Shown here: positions 18,840 to 28,274 of the stretch, piece after piece
Layout of the letters: each line of letters starts with the position of its first letter
How positions within the stretch are numbered: position 1 is the stretch's first letter
The notes under the pieces: generated by a model
The model's input: only the letters and a program-made list of their open reading frames with translations
The model's database searches: none
Told to the model about the DNA's origin: nothing
Source of the DNA: Candidatus Krumholzibacteriia bacterium
GTDB taxonomy: Bacteria > Krumholzibacteriota > Krumholzibacteriia > WVZY01
NCBI GenBank assembly: GCA_046754105.1
Contig: JBHHVD010000006.1
Span: 1 to 52,904, forward strand
Reading direction: 5' to 3'
Length of the DNA: 52,904 nucleotides
Made by a program: the position numbers and the translations under genes

Positions 18840-20585
18840 TCAGTTACCGAGCCGTTCACGAGCCGAGTTGATTTTGCCGAGTACTTCGGAATTCTCGCCC
18901 TGCAGGTCGAGTGACTTTTCATAGGCGGCCAGCGCTTCGCGATATCTCTTGAGCGATCGATAGGCGTCGCCAAGATGCTCCAGGATGACCGGATCGTCTC
19001 CCACCAGGCTTGACGCTTTCTCCAATTCGATGATCGCGCGCGCGTAGTCGCCTCGTCTGTAGTAGACCCAGCCGAGGCTGTCGGTATAGTAGCCGTTGTT
19101 CGGTTCGTGTTTCAAGGCGGTTTGTACGAGGGCCTCGGCCTTGTCGAGGTCTTTGCCCATCAGGGCGAGAAGATAACCGTAGAAGTTACAGATCGTTGCG
19201 TCCTCTGGTTTGCGTTCGTGCAGGGCCATGACATGCCGTTCGGCCTCTGCGTAGAGCTGCAACCTTTCCAGAACCGCCCCGAGATTGAGCAGCGCGCGCT
19301 CGTCATCCGGGCGAAGCTCGAGGGCCCTGGCCAGGTATTCCCTGGCCTGGGCGTACGCCTCCATGCTCTGGTAAGAAACGCCCAGCAGGTAAATCGCCTC
19401 GAAGTCGTCCGGGTCGACTACTTTCGCGGCGCCCTGCAGAAGCACGACGATTTCCTCCGCCGACAGCGATATGATCGGCGAATCGTCGCCGCTGAACCTC
19501 GACGACGTCGCGAAGAACAGCGCCATGTAGTTGCGATAATCCTGCGGGCCGAGTTCGATCGCCTCGCGGTAGTACTTCAGCGCACGTTCCTGCCTGCCCG
19601 CCTTCAGCGATATTTCCCCCAGCACGCGCGCCATCTCGGCGGTTCGTGTGTCCTCGTCGAACAACGATCCGAAAACGGTGAACGCTTCCTCGTAGTCTTT
19701 CGCCTCGTAGTACACCCGGCCGAGCAGCAACCGTCCTTCCCGCGTAAGATTCGAACGTTGCGCCTCTCCCTCGAGCAGCCGGATCGCCTCGTCCAGTTTG
19801 CCCTGGTCGAAGTAGAGATTCGCCGTCATGATCACGGCTTCCGGCGCGTCGATCTCCTGATCCAGCAGCGTTTCCAGGACCTCTTCGGCCTCGGGGAGAC
19901 GCTCGTCCTCGATCAGGAGTCCAGCGAGTTCCATGGCTGCGTCGGCGAAACGGGGTTCGAGGCGGAGCGCGTCCCGCATGGCCTCTTCGGCCTCGCCGCT
20001 CCTTTGAAATTTCCTCAGGAGAAGACCGTAGGTGTAGTGAAGAAAAGGATAGTACGGGTCGAGATCGATGGCTCGTTTGTAGGCCTCCAGGGCTTCTTCA
20101 TCCCGGCCCAATTCGAACAACACTTTCGCAAGCATTCGTTCCGTTTCAAATTTTTTCTCCCCGGTCGCTTTCAGCGTCCTGAGATACTGCAACGCGTCAA
20201 CCCTCTCGCCCTTGACATAGAGAATCTTCGCCTTGAGGAACAGAGCCGGGCGATTCGTCTTGTTTTTCGACAGCAATCGTTCGAGCACCCGTTCACACGA
20301 GCCGAGATTGCCAAGCCTGAAATACGTATCCGCCAGTTTCTCCCCGATGGGCTCGTCCTGTCCGCTGTGTTCCCACGCGGCTTCGAGATGAGGAAGGGCC
20401 TCCTCTGGGGAACCGCTTTCGAGCAGGAAGATACCCTTGGTGTACTCGGTCACGGCCCGGTCTCGATCGATTTCGACGGATCGCTGAGGCGCTGCTACGA
20501 CCGTGCCCGCACCGCACGCCAGCACAACGCACAAGGCAAGCATCCGCACGGCGCGCGCCGTCACGTTGTTTGAAAACTCGTTCAT
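18840..20585 (-). CDS. Exported multi-TPR protein
   Basis: Signal peptide, many TPRs, C-terminal NFYGYLLA..DSLGWVYY..DPVILEHLGDAY. Start set at ATG 20585. Confidence 0.88.
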   Translation of the reverse strand: MNEFSNNVTARAVRMLALCVVLACGAGTVVAAPQRSVEIDRDRAVTEYTKGIFLLESGSPEEALPHLEAAWEHSGQDEPIGEKLADTYFRLGNLGSCERVLERLLSKNKTNRPALFLKAKILYVKGERVDALQYLRTLKATGEKKFETERMLAKVLFELGRDEEALEAYKRAIDLDPYYPFLHYTYGLLLRKFQRSGEAEEAMRDALRLEPRFADAAMELAGLLIEDERLPEAEEVLETLLDQEIDAPEAVIMTANLYFDQGKLDEAIRLLEGEAQRSNLTREGRLLLGRVYYEAKDYEEAFTVFGSLFDEDTRTAEMARVLGEISLKAGRQERALKYYREAIELGPQDYRNYMALFFATSSRFSGDDSPIISLSAEEIVVLLQGAAKVVDPDDFEAIYLLGVSYQSMEAYAQAREYLARALELRPDDERALLNLGAVLERLQLYAEAERHVMALHERKPEDATICNFYGYLLALMGKDLDKAEALVQTALKHEPNNGYYTDSLGWVYYRRGDYARAIIELEKASSLVGDDPVILEHLGDAYRSLKRYREALAAYEKSLDLQGENSEVLGKINSARERLGN

Positions 20586-20688
20586 TTTCCGGCCCTCTCG
20601 ATCCTGGCCGGCGCCCCACGGGAGCGGCGCCGAAATAGCCCTTTGCGTGTAAGTTAGTATGATATATCTTGCGCTCAAAGGGATTTAT

Positions 20689-21147
20689 GTGAAAAAGCGT
20701 CTCGCCCTATACGTCCGGACCGTTGTCGTTCTCTCCTTTTTCGCAACACCCGCATGTTACACGCTCTTCAAGCACCCAAGGGTCAAGCGGGTCATTTACG
20801 AAGAGGTGACCGATCGCCGGTGTAACGGCTGTCACGAGAAAGACGAGTTGCGGGCTTTCCACAACCCCCCGAACCAGCTGTTCCGCCGGGGCCGCGACCG
20901 ATCCGCCTGGAACCGGTACTACGACGTGCCCTGGTGGTACAACGAGTACTGGTATTACGACCAGGACGCCATCGACACCACGAAGACGGGCCCGTTTCAA
21001 CCGGGCGCCGGCCGGATCCCGGCCGAGCGGCGAAACGGCGCCCTCCGCGCCTGGAGAGGCGGCTCGTCCCCACCGGAAGTCGACAAGGGGCTCCCCGCAC
21101 CGGGACGAAAGGCCCGTAATGAGGCTAGCAAGAAACGCACCGTCTGA
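20689..21147 (+). CDS. Putative lipoprotein with a single CxxCH motif
   Basis: GTG start after AAAGGGA, leader ending TPAC-YT, CNGCH at 20821-20835, W/Y-rich patch. Confidence 0.7.
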   Translation: MKKRLALYVRTVVVLSFFATPACYTLFKHPRVKRVIYEEVTDRRCNGCHEKDELRAFHNPPNQLFRRGRDRSAWNRYYDVPWWYNEYWYYDQDAIDTTKTGPFQPGAGRIPAERRNGALRAWRGGSSPPEVDKGLPAPGRKARNEASKKRTV

Positions 21148-22534
21148 TCCGAAAGGACCGTTGCGGGAGCGCGCGCCGCGGCTCAGCCCGGCGGCGCTGG
21201 TGATGCTGCTGCTGGTCCTCCCGGCCGGCCCCACCGCCGGCCAGGGTATCGACGACGCGCTGGCGTTCGAAGATCTCGGGTTCACCCGCGCGCTGACACC
21301 CGGCGCCCGTGTTTCGGGTCTTGCCGGCGCCTATACGTCGGCGGCCGACGACGTGCACGCCCTGCTCTACAACCCGGCGGGACTGACCCGCGTCAAACGC
21401 GTGGAACTGGGTTTGGGCTTGCAGCGGCAGCGGGACAATCTGGACAACCGCTTCCTCGGCAACCCCACCGACCTCGAACGAACATCTTCCACACTGGATT
21501 TCATCGCCGGAGCGTACCCGCTCGTCACCTATCGCGGGAGTTTCGTGGTCGCACTCGGCGCGTACCGGATACTGTCCACCGACCTCGACGTTCTCACGCG
21601 CGGTTCATCGACAATCACAACGACGAACGGCGATTACCGCATGCAGCAATCCGGAGACATCTTCAGTTATAATTTCGGAGCGGGCCTTGACGTATCGCCT
21701 TATCTCTCCGTCGGCGCGAACCTCTTCTTTCTCGACGGTACCGTCGAACACCTGACCCAGTTTTCGTTCGACCTGCTGCCGCCGCCTGCGGGCTTTGCGG
21801 ACGGGGATCCCCACCGCCAGTCAGTGCTCGACGAGGGCCGGGGCGACCTCGACGGATTCGGTGCCACGCTTGGGTTTCAGGTGCATCCCCATCCCCTGCT
21901 GCGGCTCGGTGTGTCAATCAACACGCCGACGCTCATCAACCTCGACCGCAGCTCGACCGTCGAGAATATCATCTTCTTCTTCAACGCGCTCGATGATCTC
22001 GAAACATCCGTGGTCACACGCGGCGTCGATTACCGGCTTCCGCTCCGTGTTACCGGCGGCGTGAGCTACGCACCGCGGAACTTTCTGCTCAGCGCCGAAC
22101 TGGGGTACGCGGACTGGACCGAGGCGACGATCGACGGAAAACTCGTCAAGGACCGAAACCTGCGCTCGGTGTTCAGGAAAGTGGTTTCCGTGCGCGGCGG
22201 CATCGAGTACACGATCCCCGGCGCGCCGATTCGCCTGCGAGGCGGCTACGCCTACACGCCCGACCCGCTGCGATACCTGCAATCGGACCGAATCGAGGAC
22301 TGGTGCCGCACCATGGGAACCAGTACGTGCCTGCGCCGTTTCGGCACAACGATCGAGAAGGCCAGGGTGGAAACGGAGCGCCAGATGATCGCGGGCGGCG
22401 TCGGTGTGCTGGTGGGAAGCTCCCTTATGATCGACGCGTCCTACGAGTCCGTCATCGGTAAGAAGGCTATCTCCACCCTGCAAGAGGAGCGCGCCAGCCA
22501 GCGCGTACTGGTGTCAACGGCGTATCGATTCTAG
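21119..22534 (+). CDS. OmpP1/FadL-family outer-membrane beta-barrel protein
   Basis: Signal peptide, GARVSGLAGAYTSAADDVHALLYNPAGL motif, alternating beta-strands, C-terminal AYRF BAM signal. Start uncertain. Confidence 0.85.
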   Translation: MRLARNAPSDPKGPLRERAPRLSPAALVMLLLVLPAGPTAGQGIDDALAFEDLGFTRALTPGARVSGLAGAYTSAADDVHALLYNPAGLTRVKRVELGLGLQRQRDNLDNRFLGNPTDLERTSSTLDFIAGAYPLVTYRGSFVVALGAYRILSTDLDVLTRGSSTITTTNGDYRMQQSGDIFSYNFGAGLDVSPYLSVGANLFFLDGTVEHLTQFSFDLLPPPAGFADGDPHRQSVLDEGRGDLDGFGATLGFQVHPHPLLRLGVSINTPTLINLDRSSTVENIIFFFNALDDLETSVVTRGVDYRLPLRVTGGVSYAPRNFLLSAELGYADWTEATIDGKLVKDRNLRSVFRKVVSVRGGIEYTIPGAPIRLRGGYAYTPDPLRYLQSDRIEDWCRTMGTSTCLRRFGTTIEKARVETERQMIAGGVGVLVGSSLMIDASYESVIGKKAISTLQEERASQRVLVSTAYRF

Positions 22535-22600
22535 CGCCCCGTCCCGGCAAGGGCTTCTCTACTCGTTCGCCGCGCCGCCGCGCGGCTCTTCCTGCGCGGG

Positions 22601-23119
22601 CTATTTCTTGCGTGAGGTCCCGCCGAGCAACGCGATGTACGCCTCGTCCAGCTTTTCCATCATCTCCTCGCTGAGACTGCCGCCCGTCTCCATGATGCGG
22701 TTGTAATATTCTTCGAGATAGCGGCAAAGGGAGACCTGGCGGCTCTCGATGTGCCCATCGATCAGACCCTTCAGCTCTTCGACGCGCTGGACGAAATCCG
22801 GGTCCTTGGACTCGATGTCCTCGACGTTGTGAAAATACTGTTTGAGCAGATTCATCCAGTACGTATCGTGGTCGCCGCCGTTGTCGAAAACACAACCGGG
22901 GTTCTCCGTGAGAAAACAGTAGCCGTGCACGAAATACGTGCACTGCAGAAGGCCCTGCAGGAAGAAGCGGCGGAAACAATCGACGCTCGTCACGTCCATC
23001 GTGCAAGGCAGCGGGCACTCCCGGCACAACGGCTCCGCCTCGCCTCCATAGACGAACGGATGCTCCGGTACTTTGATCTCTGGCCGGCCCATGGTAAAGC
23101 GGCAGCATGCACGAAGCAT
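22601..23119 (-). CDS. Cys-rich hypothetical protein
   Basis: AAGGAG SD, starts 13 bp after the rnc stop, 10 Cys including CxxCxxxC. Confidence 0.75.
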   Translation of the reverse strand: MLRACCRFTMGRPEIKVPEHPFVYGGEAEPLCRECPLPCTMDVTSVDCFRRFFLQGLLQCTYFVHGYCFLTENPGCVFDNGGDHDTYWMNLLKQYFHNVEDIESKDPDFVQRVEELKGLIDGHIESRQVSLCRYLEEYYNRIMETGGSLSEEMMEKLDEAYIALLGGTSRKK

Positions 23120-23132
23120 GCCGCCGACTCCT

Positions 23133-23924
23133 TCACGGTGCGTCGAGGACGTTTCCCGTGTTTAACAGCTTCTTGTAAGCCAACTTAGCCGCCTCCTGCT
23201 CCGCGAGCTTCTTGGTCTTGCCCACACCCCTCGCCAGGGTCGTCCCCTTGACGCCAACCTCTACGGCGAACTCCTTCGCGTGCTCCGGTCCGGTGGTGAA
23301 GCGAACCTGGTAGCGGGGAGGCACCTTGTGCAGCGCCTGGATGTATTCCTGCAGGAGGCTCTTGTAGTTGATGTTGTCTTCGTTATAAAAGATATCGGTG
23401 AGGTCCGACAGGAGGACGCGCCGGATGCAGGCGCTGGCCGCCGCGAACCCCCCGTCCAGGAAAATGGCCCCGAAAACCGCCTCCAGCGCGTCGGCCAGCA
23501 CGCTGTCCGCCTCGCCAACCCTCGACTTTTGCGCGTTCTCGCTCAACAGAATGAACGATCCGAGCTCGTATTTCTTCGCGTACAAAGACAAGATCGGCTT
23601 GCTGACGATTACCGACTTCATCTTCGTGAGGTCTCCCTCCCGCTTCTCCGGGTACCTCTTGAACAGGAATTCGTTCACGACCAGCGACAGGACCGCGTCC
23701 CCGAGGAACTCGAGGCGTTCGTTGGAGGTGTCATCCGCGCCCCTGTCCGCCTCCCCGGCGGCGTAGGAGCGGTGGACCAGGGCACGCACCATCAGCGATC
23801 GATCCCGAAAGCGATACCCCAGGACCGTCTGCAGCCCCGCCTGCCCGTCCCGGGCGGCGTGCGGCGATTTTGCTTTGAAGATTGAGGCGATTCGTTGGAG
23901 AAAATCTGGGATTGGAGCGTTCAT
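23133..23924 (-). CDS. rnc: Ribonuclease III
   Basis: ALVHRSY, NERLEFLGDAVL, ADALEAVFGAIFLD, dsRBD NYKSLLQE..GKTKKLAEQEAA. Confidence 0.98.
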   Translation of the reverse strand: MNAPIPDFLQRIASIFKAKSPHAARDGQAGLQTVLGYRFRDRSLMVRALVHRSYAAGEADRGADDTSNERLEFLGDAVLSLVVNEFLFKRYPEKREGDLTKMKSVIVSKPILSLYAKKYELGSFILLSENAQKSRVGEADSVLADALEAVFGAIFLDGGFAAASACIRRVLLSDLTDIFYNEDNINYKSLLQEYIQALHKVPPRYQVRFTTGPEHAKEFAVEVGVKGTTLARGVGKTKKLAEQEAAKLAYKKLLNTGNVLDAP

Positions 23925-23936
23925 GGCTCGTGGACG

Positions 23937-25196
23937 CTACTCGCCCGCATCATAGTGTTTCACAATGAGTGCGCAATTATGGCCTCCAAATCCAAATGCG
24001 TTGCAAAGAGCCGCTTTGACCTCATATTCCTGGCTCTCGTTCGGCACGTAGTCCAGGTCGCACTCCGGATCGGCGTTTTCCTGGTTTATCGTTGGCGGGA
24101 TGCGGCCGTCTCTTATTGCCAGCGCGCAGAAAATCAGTTCGACAGCACCGGCGGCTCCGAGCAGGTGCCCGGTCATCGATTTCGTCGAACTGACTTTGAG
24201 TTTGTACGCGCTCTCCCGGAAGACTTCCTTGATCGCCGCGGTTTCGGACGCGTCGTTCAACGGAGTACTGGTACCGTGCGCGTTGATGTAGTCGACGTCA
24301 TCGGGAGCGAGTGCCGCGTGTTTCAACGCCAGGTTCATCGCCCGCACGGCGCCTTCGCCGTTGGGCGCCGGAGAGGTAATGTGGTGCGCGTCCCCCGTCA
24401 TGCCGATGCCCGCCAGCTCGGCGAGGATCGACGCGCCGCGGCTGCGGGCGTGCTCGAGTTCCTCGAGAAAGATGGCGCCGGCGCCCTCTCCGATGACGAA
24501 ACCGTCACGGTCCCGGTCGAAAGGCCGCGACGCTCTCTCCGGTTCGTCATTTCGCTTCGACAAGGCCTTCATGGCGGAAAAACCACCGAGTGCGAGCGGC
24601 GTAATGCACCCTTCCGTGCCGCCGGACAACACGGCGTCGGCCATCCCGGCCTTGATGAGCAGGTACGAATCGCCGACGGCGTTTCCGGAGGATGCACATG
24701 CCGAGACCGCCGCGTAGTTGGGGCCGCGCAGGCCGTAGACGATCGAGAGATGGCCGGCCGACATGTCGGAAATCATCATCGGAATGAAAAACGGGCTAAT
24801 CTTCCCGGGGCCGCGCTCGAGCAGGATTCTGTGCTGGGTTTCCAGGGTGCCCAGGCCGCCGATCCCCGATCCGATGACGCAACCCACTCGATCACGGTCG
24901 AACCGGTTCAGCTCCACGCCCTGGAGGCACTCTGCGGTCGCGCTCGCCATTAACTGAACCGAGCGGTCGTTGTGGCGGGCGTCCTTCGGGTCCATGCACC
25001 GCGTCGGATCGAAATCCTTGATCTCCGCTCCGATCCGCACCGGGTAGGCGGCGGTGTCGAAGGCCTCGATCCGTGAAACGGCGCTCTTGCCCGAAAGCAG
25101 GCTGCGCCACGTTTCATCCGTGGTTAATCCCGCGGCGGTGATACATCCGGCGCCGGTTATCACGACTCTTCTGGAATTCGTTGCAGCCGTCATCAT
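23937..25196 (-). CDS. fabF: 3-oxoacyl-ACP synthase II
   Basis: RRVVITG, SACASS, SRPFDRDRDGFV, YINAHGTST, KSMTGHLLGAAG, FGFGGHN. Confidence 0.97.
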   Translation of the reverse strand: MMTAATNSRRVVITGAGCITAAGLTTDETWRSLLSGKSAVSRIEAFDTAAYPVRIGAEIKDFDPTRCMDPKDARHNDRSVQLMASATAECLQGVELNRFDRDRVGCVIGSGIGGLGTLETQHRILLERGPGKISPFFIPMMISDMSAGHLSIVYGLRGPNYAAVSACASSGNAVGDSYLLIKAGMADAVLSGGTEGCITPLALGGFSAMKALSKRNDEPERASRPFDRDRDGFVIGEGAGAIFLEELEHARSRGASILAELAGIGMTGDAHHITSPAPNGEGAVRAMNLALKHAALAPDDVDYINAHGTSTPLNDASETAAIKEVFRESAYKLKVSSTKSMTGHLLGAAGAVELIFCALAIRDGRIPPTINQENADPECDLDYVPNESQEYEVKAALCNAFGFGGHNCALIVKHYDAGE

Positions 25197-25224
25197 CCGA
25201 ACCTCGAGCGGGCGCGCGCGGCGA

Positions 25225-25461
25225 TCAACCCTGCTTGCCGTTGATGTAGTCGATCGCGTCCTGTACGGTCTTTATCTTGTCCGCTTCTTCATCCGGGATG
25301 TCCAGCCCGAATTCGTCCTCGAGCGCCATCACCAGCTCGACCGTGTCGAGCGAATCCGCTTTCAAGTCTTCGGCGAACTTGGCGTCATTCGTTATCTGGT
25401 CCGTGTTCACCGACAGCTTCTCTTCAATGATCTTCTTTACCTTCTCTTCGATCGTCGACAT
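25225..25461 (-). CDS. acpP: Acyl carrier protein
   Basis: [20 protein letters not shown]. Confidence 0.98.
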   Translation of the reverse strand: MSTIEEKVKKIIEEKLSVNTDQITNDAKFAEDLKADSLDTVELVMALEDEFGLDIPDEEADKIKTVQDAIDYINGKQG

Positions 25462-25495
25462 CTCTGACGTTACCTCCGAATCAGCGGGGACACTG

Positions 25496-26239
25496 CTAGC
25501 CCATTACCATTCCACCGTCACAATTGATCACCTGACCGGTGACGTAATCGGCCATTCCTGACAACAAAAATATCACAATGTTGGCCACATCTTCAACGCT
25601 ACCAAATCTTTTCAAGGGAATGAGTTCCAGCATTCGCCCCTCGAGATCTTCGCCCAGCCCCTCCGTCATCGCCGTCGAGATGTATCCCGGGGCGACGGCG
25701 TTGACCGTGATGTTCCGCGGGGCGAATTCCTTGGCCAGCGCGCGGGTAAACCCGACGATTCCCGCCTTGCTCGCCGCATAACTCGACTGTCCGGCGTTGC
25801 CGATCAGACCGATCACGGAGCTGATGTTGACGATTCTCCCCTGTTTCTGTTTGAGAAAATGCGGCGCGAACACTTTTACCGTATTATACGCTCCGGTCAA
25901 GTTGACCGACAGGACGTCGCCCCAGTCGTCCGGGCTCATACGCAGGATCAACTTGTCCCGTACGATACCGGCGTTGTTGACCAGAAAGTCGATCCTGCCG
26001 AATTCCTCGACAAGCCGCACGGCCATGTCGCGAACCGCCTCGAACGACGCCACGTCGCAGGCGTACCCGATGGCTTTCACGCCGAGCGCGGTTACTTCTT
26101 CGGCCGTACCCCGGACCTCCGGCTCTTTGCGGCTGGTGAGCGCGACGTCCGCACCCCGCCTCGCCAGCTGCAAGGCGATTTCCCTGCCGATGCCACGTGA
26201 GGCGCCGGTAACGAGTCCGACTTTTCCCGCAAAATCCAT
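25496..26239 (-). CDS. fabG: 3-oxoacyl-ACP reductase
   Basis: [20 protein letters not shown]; located in the fab operon. Confidence 0.96.
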   Translation of the reverse strand: MDFAGKVGLVTGASRGIGREIALQLARRGADVALTSRKEPEVRGTAEEVTALGVKAIGYACDVASFEAVRDMAVRLVEEFGRIDFLVNNAGIVRDKLILRMSPDDWGDVLSVNLTGAYNTVKVFAPHFLKQKQGRIVNISSVIGLIGNAGQSSYAASKAGIVGFTRALAKEFAPRNITVNAVAPGYISTAMTEGLGEDLEGRMLELIPLKRFGSVEDVANIVIFLLSGMADYVTGQVINCDGGMVMG

Positions 26240-26263
26240 CGTCGTACCCTTCTAGGTTGCACC

Positions 26264-26292
26264 CTTATAACAAAATGACCGGGTGCGTTCAA
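26264..26292 (-). promoter_or_regulatory. Putative internal sigma70 promoter for fabG-acpP
   Basis: Minus strand TTGAAC-N17-TATAAG with an extended -10 TG. Confidence 0.55.
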
Positions 26293-26301
26293 AGGAAAAG
26301 T

Positions 26302-27231
26302 TCAGCGACTCTCCCCTCGCGCCGCTTCGAGGCCCGCGACATCCGTCAAGGGATGAACGCCCGTCCCGCCCACGATGCGCTTCATCAGGCCCGCAAGGAC
26401 CCTCCCCGGACCGACCTCGAACATGGGCCCCTGAAAAGTCTCCGCTAGCGTGCGCATGCTCTTGACCCAGAGCACCGGCGAAGACAACTGGCGCGACAGG
26501 AGTTCGTTAACCCGTTCTCCCTCGCTCACCGACTCACCGGTCACGTTGGCCACCCACGGCACCCGCAGCCGCCCCGTTTCGAACTTCTCGAGGTACGCGG
26601 TGAGCGCCCCGGACGTCTTCTCCATGAGCGGTGAATGGAACGCGCCACTCACTTGAAGGGGCAGCGCGCGCTTGGCCCCGCGCGCCTTCGCCACCTCGAT
26701 CGCCTTTTCCACGGCCGGTACTTCGCCCGAGACAGCGAACTGTGCCGGCGAATTGTGGTTGGCGATAACGACGACGCCCGCCTGCGAGGCTTCCTCCACG
26801 ACATCCCGAACGGCCTCTTCATCCAGACCGATGACCGCGGCCATGGTGCCCGGCTCCTCCAGGCCCGCTTCGTACATCAATTCGCCCCGTCTGCGAACGA
26901 TCGCCAGCGCGTCCATCGGCCGAAACCAACCGGCGGACACCAGGGCGGAGAACTCGCCCAGGCTGTGGCCGGCCACCACGCGCGCCCGAAAGCCGGAGCG
27001 CTCGAGAACCCCCAGCACCGCCAGGCTGTGCAGAAGGATCGCGGGCTGCGCGTTGTGCGTAAGCGTCAACTCCTCGAGGTCCCCGGCGAAGGAAAGATCC
27101 GCGATGTCGAACCCCAGAGTGCGGTTGGCGTCCTTGTACAACCCGCGCACTTCGCTGAATCGGTCGTAATAGTCCTTTCCCATCCCCACGTACTGGGAAG
27201 CCTGTCCCGGGAAAAGCATCGCACAATCCAT
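26302..27231 (-). CDS. fabD: Malonyl-CoA:ACP transacylase
   Basis: FPGQASQ, AQPAI, GHSLGE, VSGAFHSPLM. Confidence 0.97.
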   Translation of the reverse strand: MDCAMLFPGQASQYVGMGKDYYDRFSEVRGLYKDANRTLGFDIADLSFAGDLEELTLTHNAQPAILLHSLAVLGVLERSGFRARVVAGHSLGEFSALVSAGWFRPMDALAIVRRRGELMYEAGLEEPGTMAAVIGLDEEAVRDVVEEASQAGVVVIANHNSPAQFAVSGEVPAVEKAIEVAKARGAKRALPLQVSGAFHSPLMEKTSGALTAYLEKFETGRLRVPWVANVTGESVSEGERVNELLSRQLSSPVLWVKSMRTLAETFQGPMFEVGPGRVLAGLMKRIVGGTGVHPLTDVAGLEAARGESR

Positions 27232-27278
27232 ATCCAGCGCATCTCCCGTAATCCGGGTCTTTGCCGTGTTCGTGGGCG

Positions 27279-28274
27279 CTAACTGTAGCGCAGGAGCACG
27301 GAACCCCAGGTGAGGCCCCCGCCGAAGGTGACGAGCAGCACGATATCGCCCTTTTTCAACCGTCCGCTTCTTGCGACTTCGTCGAACGCGATGGGGATAG
27401 AGCCGGCGGAGGTGTTTCCCAATCGATCCAGATTCACTACGACCTTCTCTTCCGGCACCCTCAGGCGCTTGTACACCGAGTCGATGATACGAAGGTTGGC
27501 CTGATGCGGGATGAGAATATCGATGTCATCTACAGTGAGTTTCGCCTGCTCGAGTACGTGTTTGGACGCGTCCTCCATGGCACGGACGGCATACTTGAAC
27601 ACACCGTCGCCCTTCATGCGGATAAAATGTTTCTTCGCCGCCACGCTCGCGGCGGAAGCGGGTTCCTTGGACCCGCCGGCTTCTATGTACAGCAGTTCAG
27701 CAAGCGAGCCGTCGCTCTTCATGTACGTACCCAGTATCCCTTCCCCCGCTTCGCAGGCTTCCAGCACTACGGCGCCGGCCCCGTCACCAAAGAGCACGCA
27801 CGTCGACCTCTCCTCCCAATCCACGAACTTGCTCAGGATCTCGACCCCGACGACCAGAACGGTGTTCAACTGCCCCGACGCGATCAACGCGTGGGCGGTA
27901 TTCAGCCCGTAGATGAACCCGCTGCAAGCCGCGCACAGATCGAACGCCACGGCCTCCGGCGCCCCAAGCCTGTCCTGGATGAAGCACGCCGTCGCGGGAA
28001 ACGGCTGGTCACCGGAAATCGTACCGACGATGATGCCGTCGAGCTTGCCCGCCGGTATTTCCGCGCTGTCTAACGCGTCGCGCGCGGCTGCCACGGCCAG
28101 GTCGGATGCCGCCTGGTCGGGGCGTACGATACGGCGCTCGCGGATGCCGGTACGCGTTAGTATCCACTCGTCGCTCGTGTCCACTATTTGTTCGAGGTCA
28201 CGATTGGTAAGCACGTCATCCGGACAATAGTGGCCCGAACCGGCTATCTTTGACCCCCTAATGAACTTTTGCAA
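27279..28274 (-). CDS. fabH: 3-oxoacyl-ACP synthase III
   Basis: RTGIRERR, AACSGF, LFGDGAGA, PHQANLRI, GNTSAGS, FGGGLTWG. Confidence 0.97.
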   Translation of the reverse strand: MQKFIRGSKIAGSGHYCPDDVLTNRDLEQIVDTSDEWILTRTGIRERRIVRPDQAASDLAVAAARDALDSAEIPAGKLDGIIVGTISGDQPFPATACFIQDRLGAPEAVAFDLCAACSGFIYGLNTAHALIASGQLNTVLVVGVEILSKFVDWEERSTCVLFGDGAGAVVLEACEAGEGILGTYMKSDGSLAELLYIEAGGSKEPASAASVAAKKHFIRMKGDGVFKYAVRAMEDASKHVLEQAKLTVDDIDILIPHQANLRIIDSVYKRLRVPEEKVVVNLDRLGNTSAGSIPIAFDEVARSGRLKKGDIVLLVTFGGGLTWGSVLLRYS

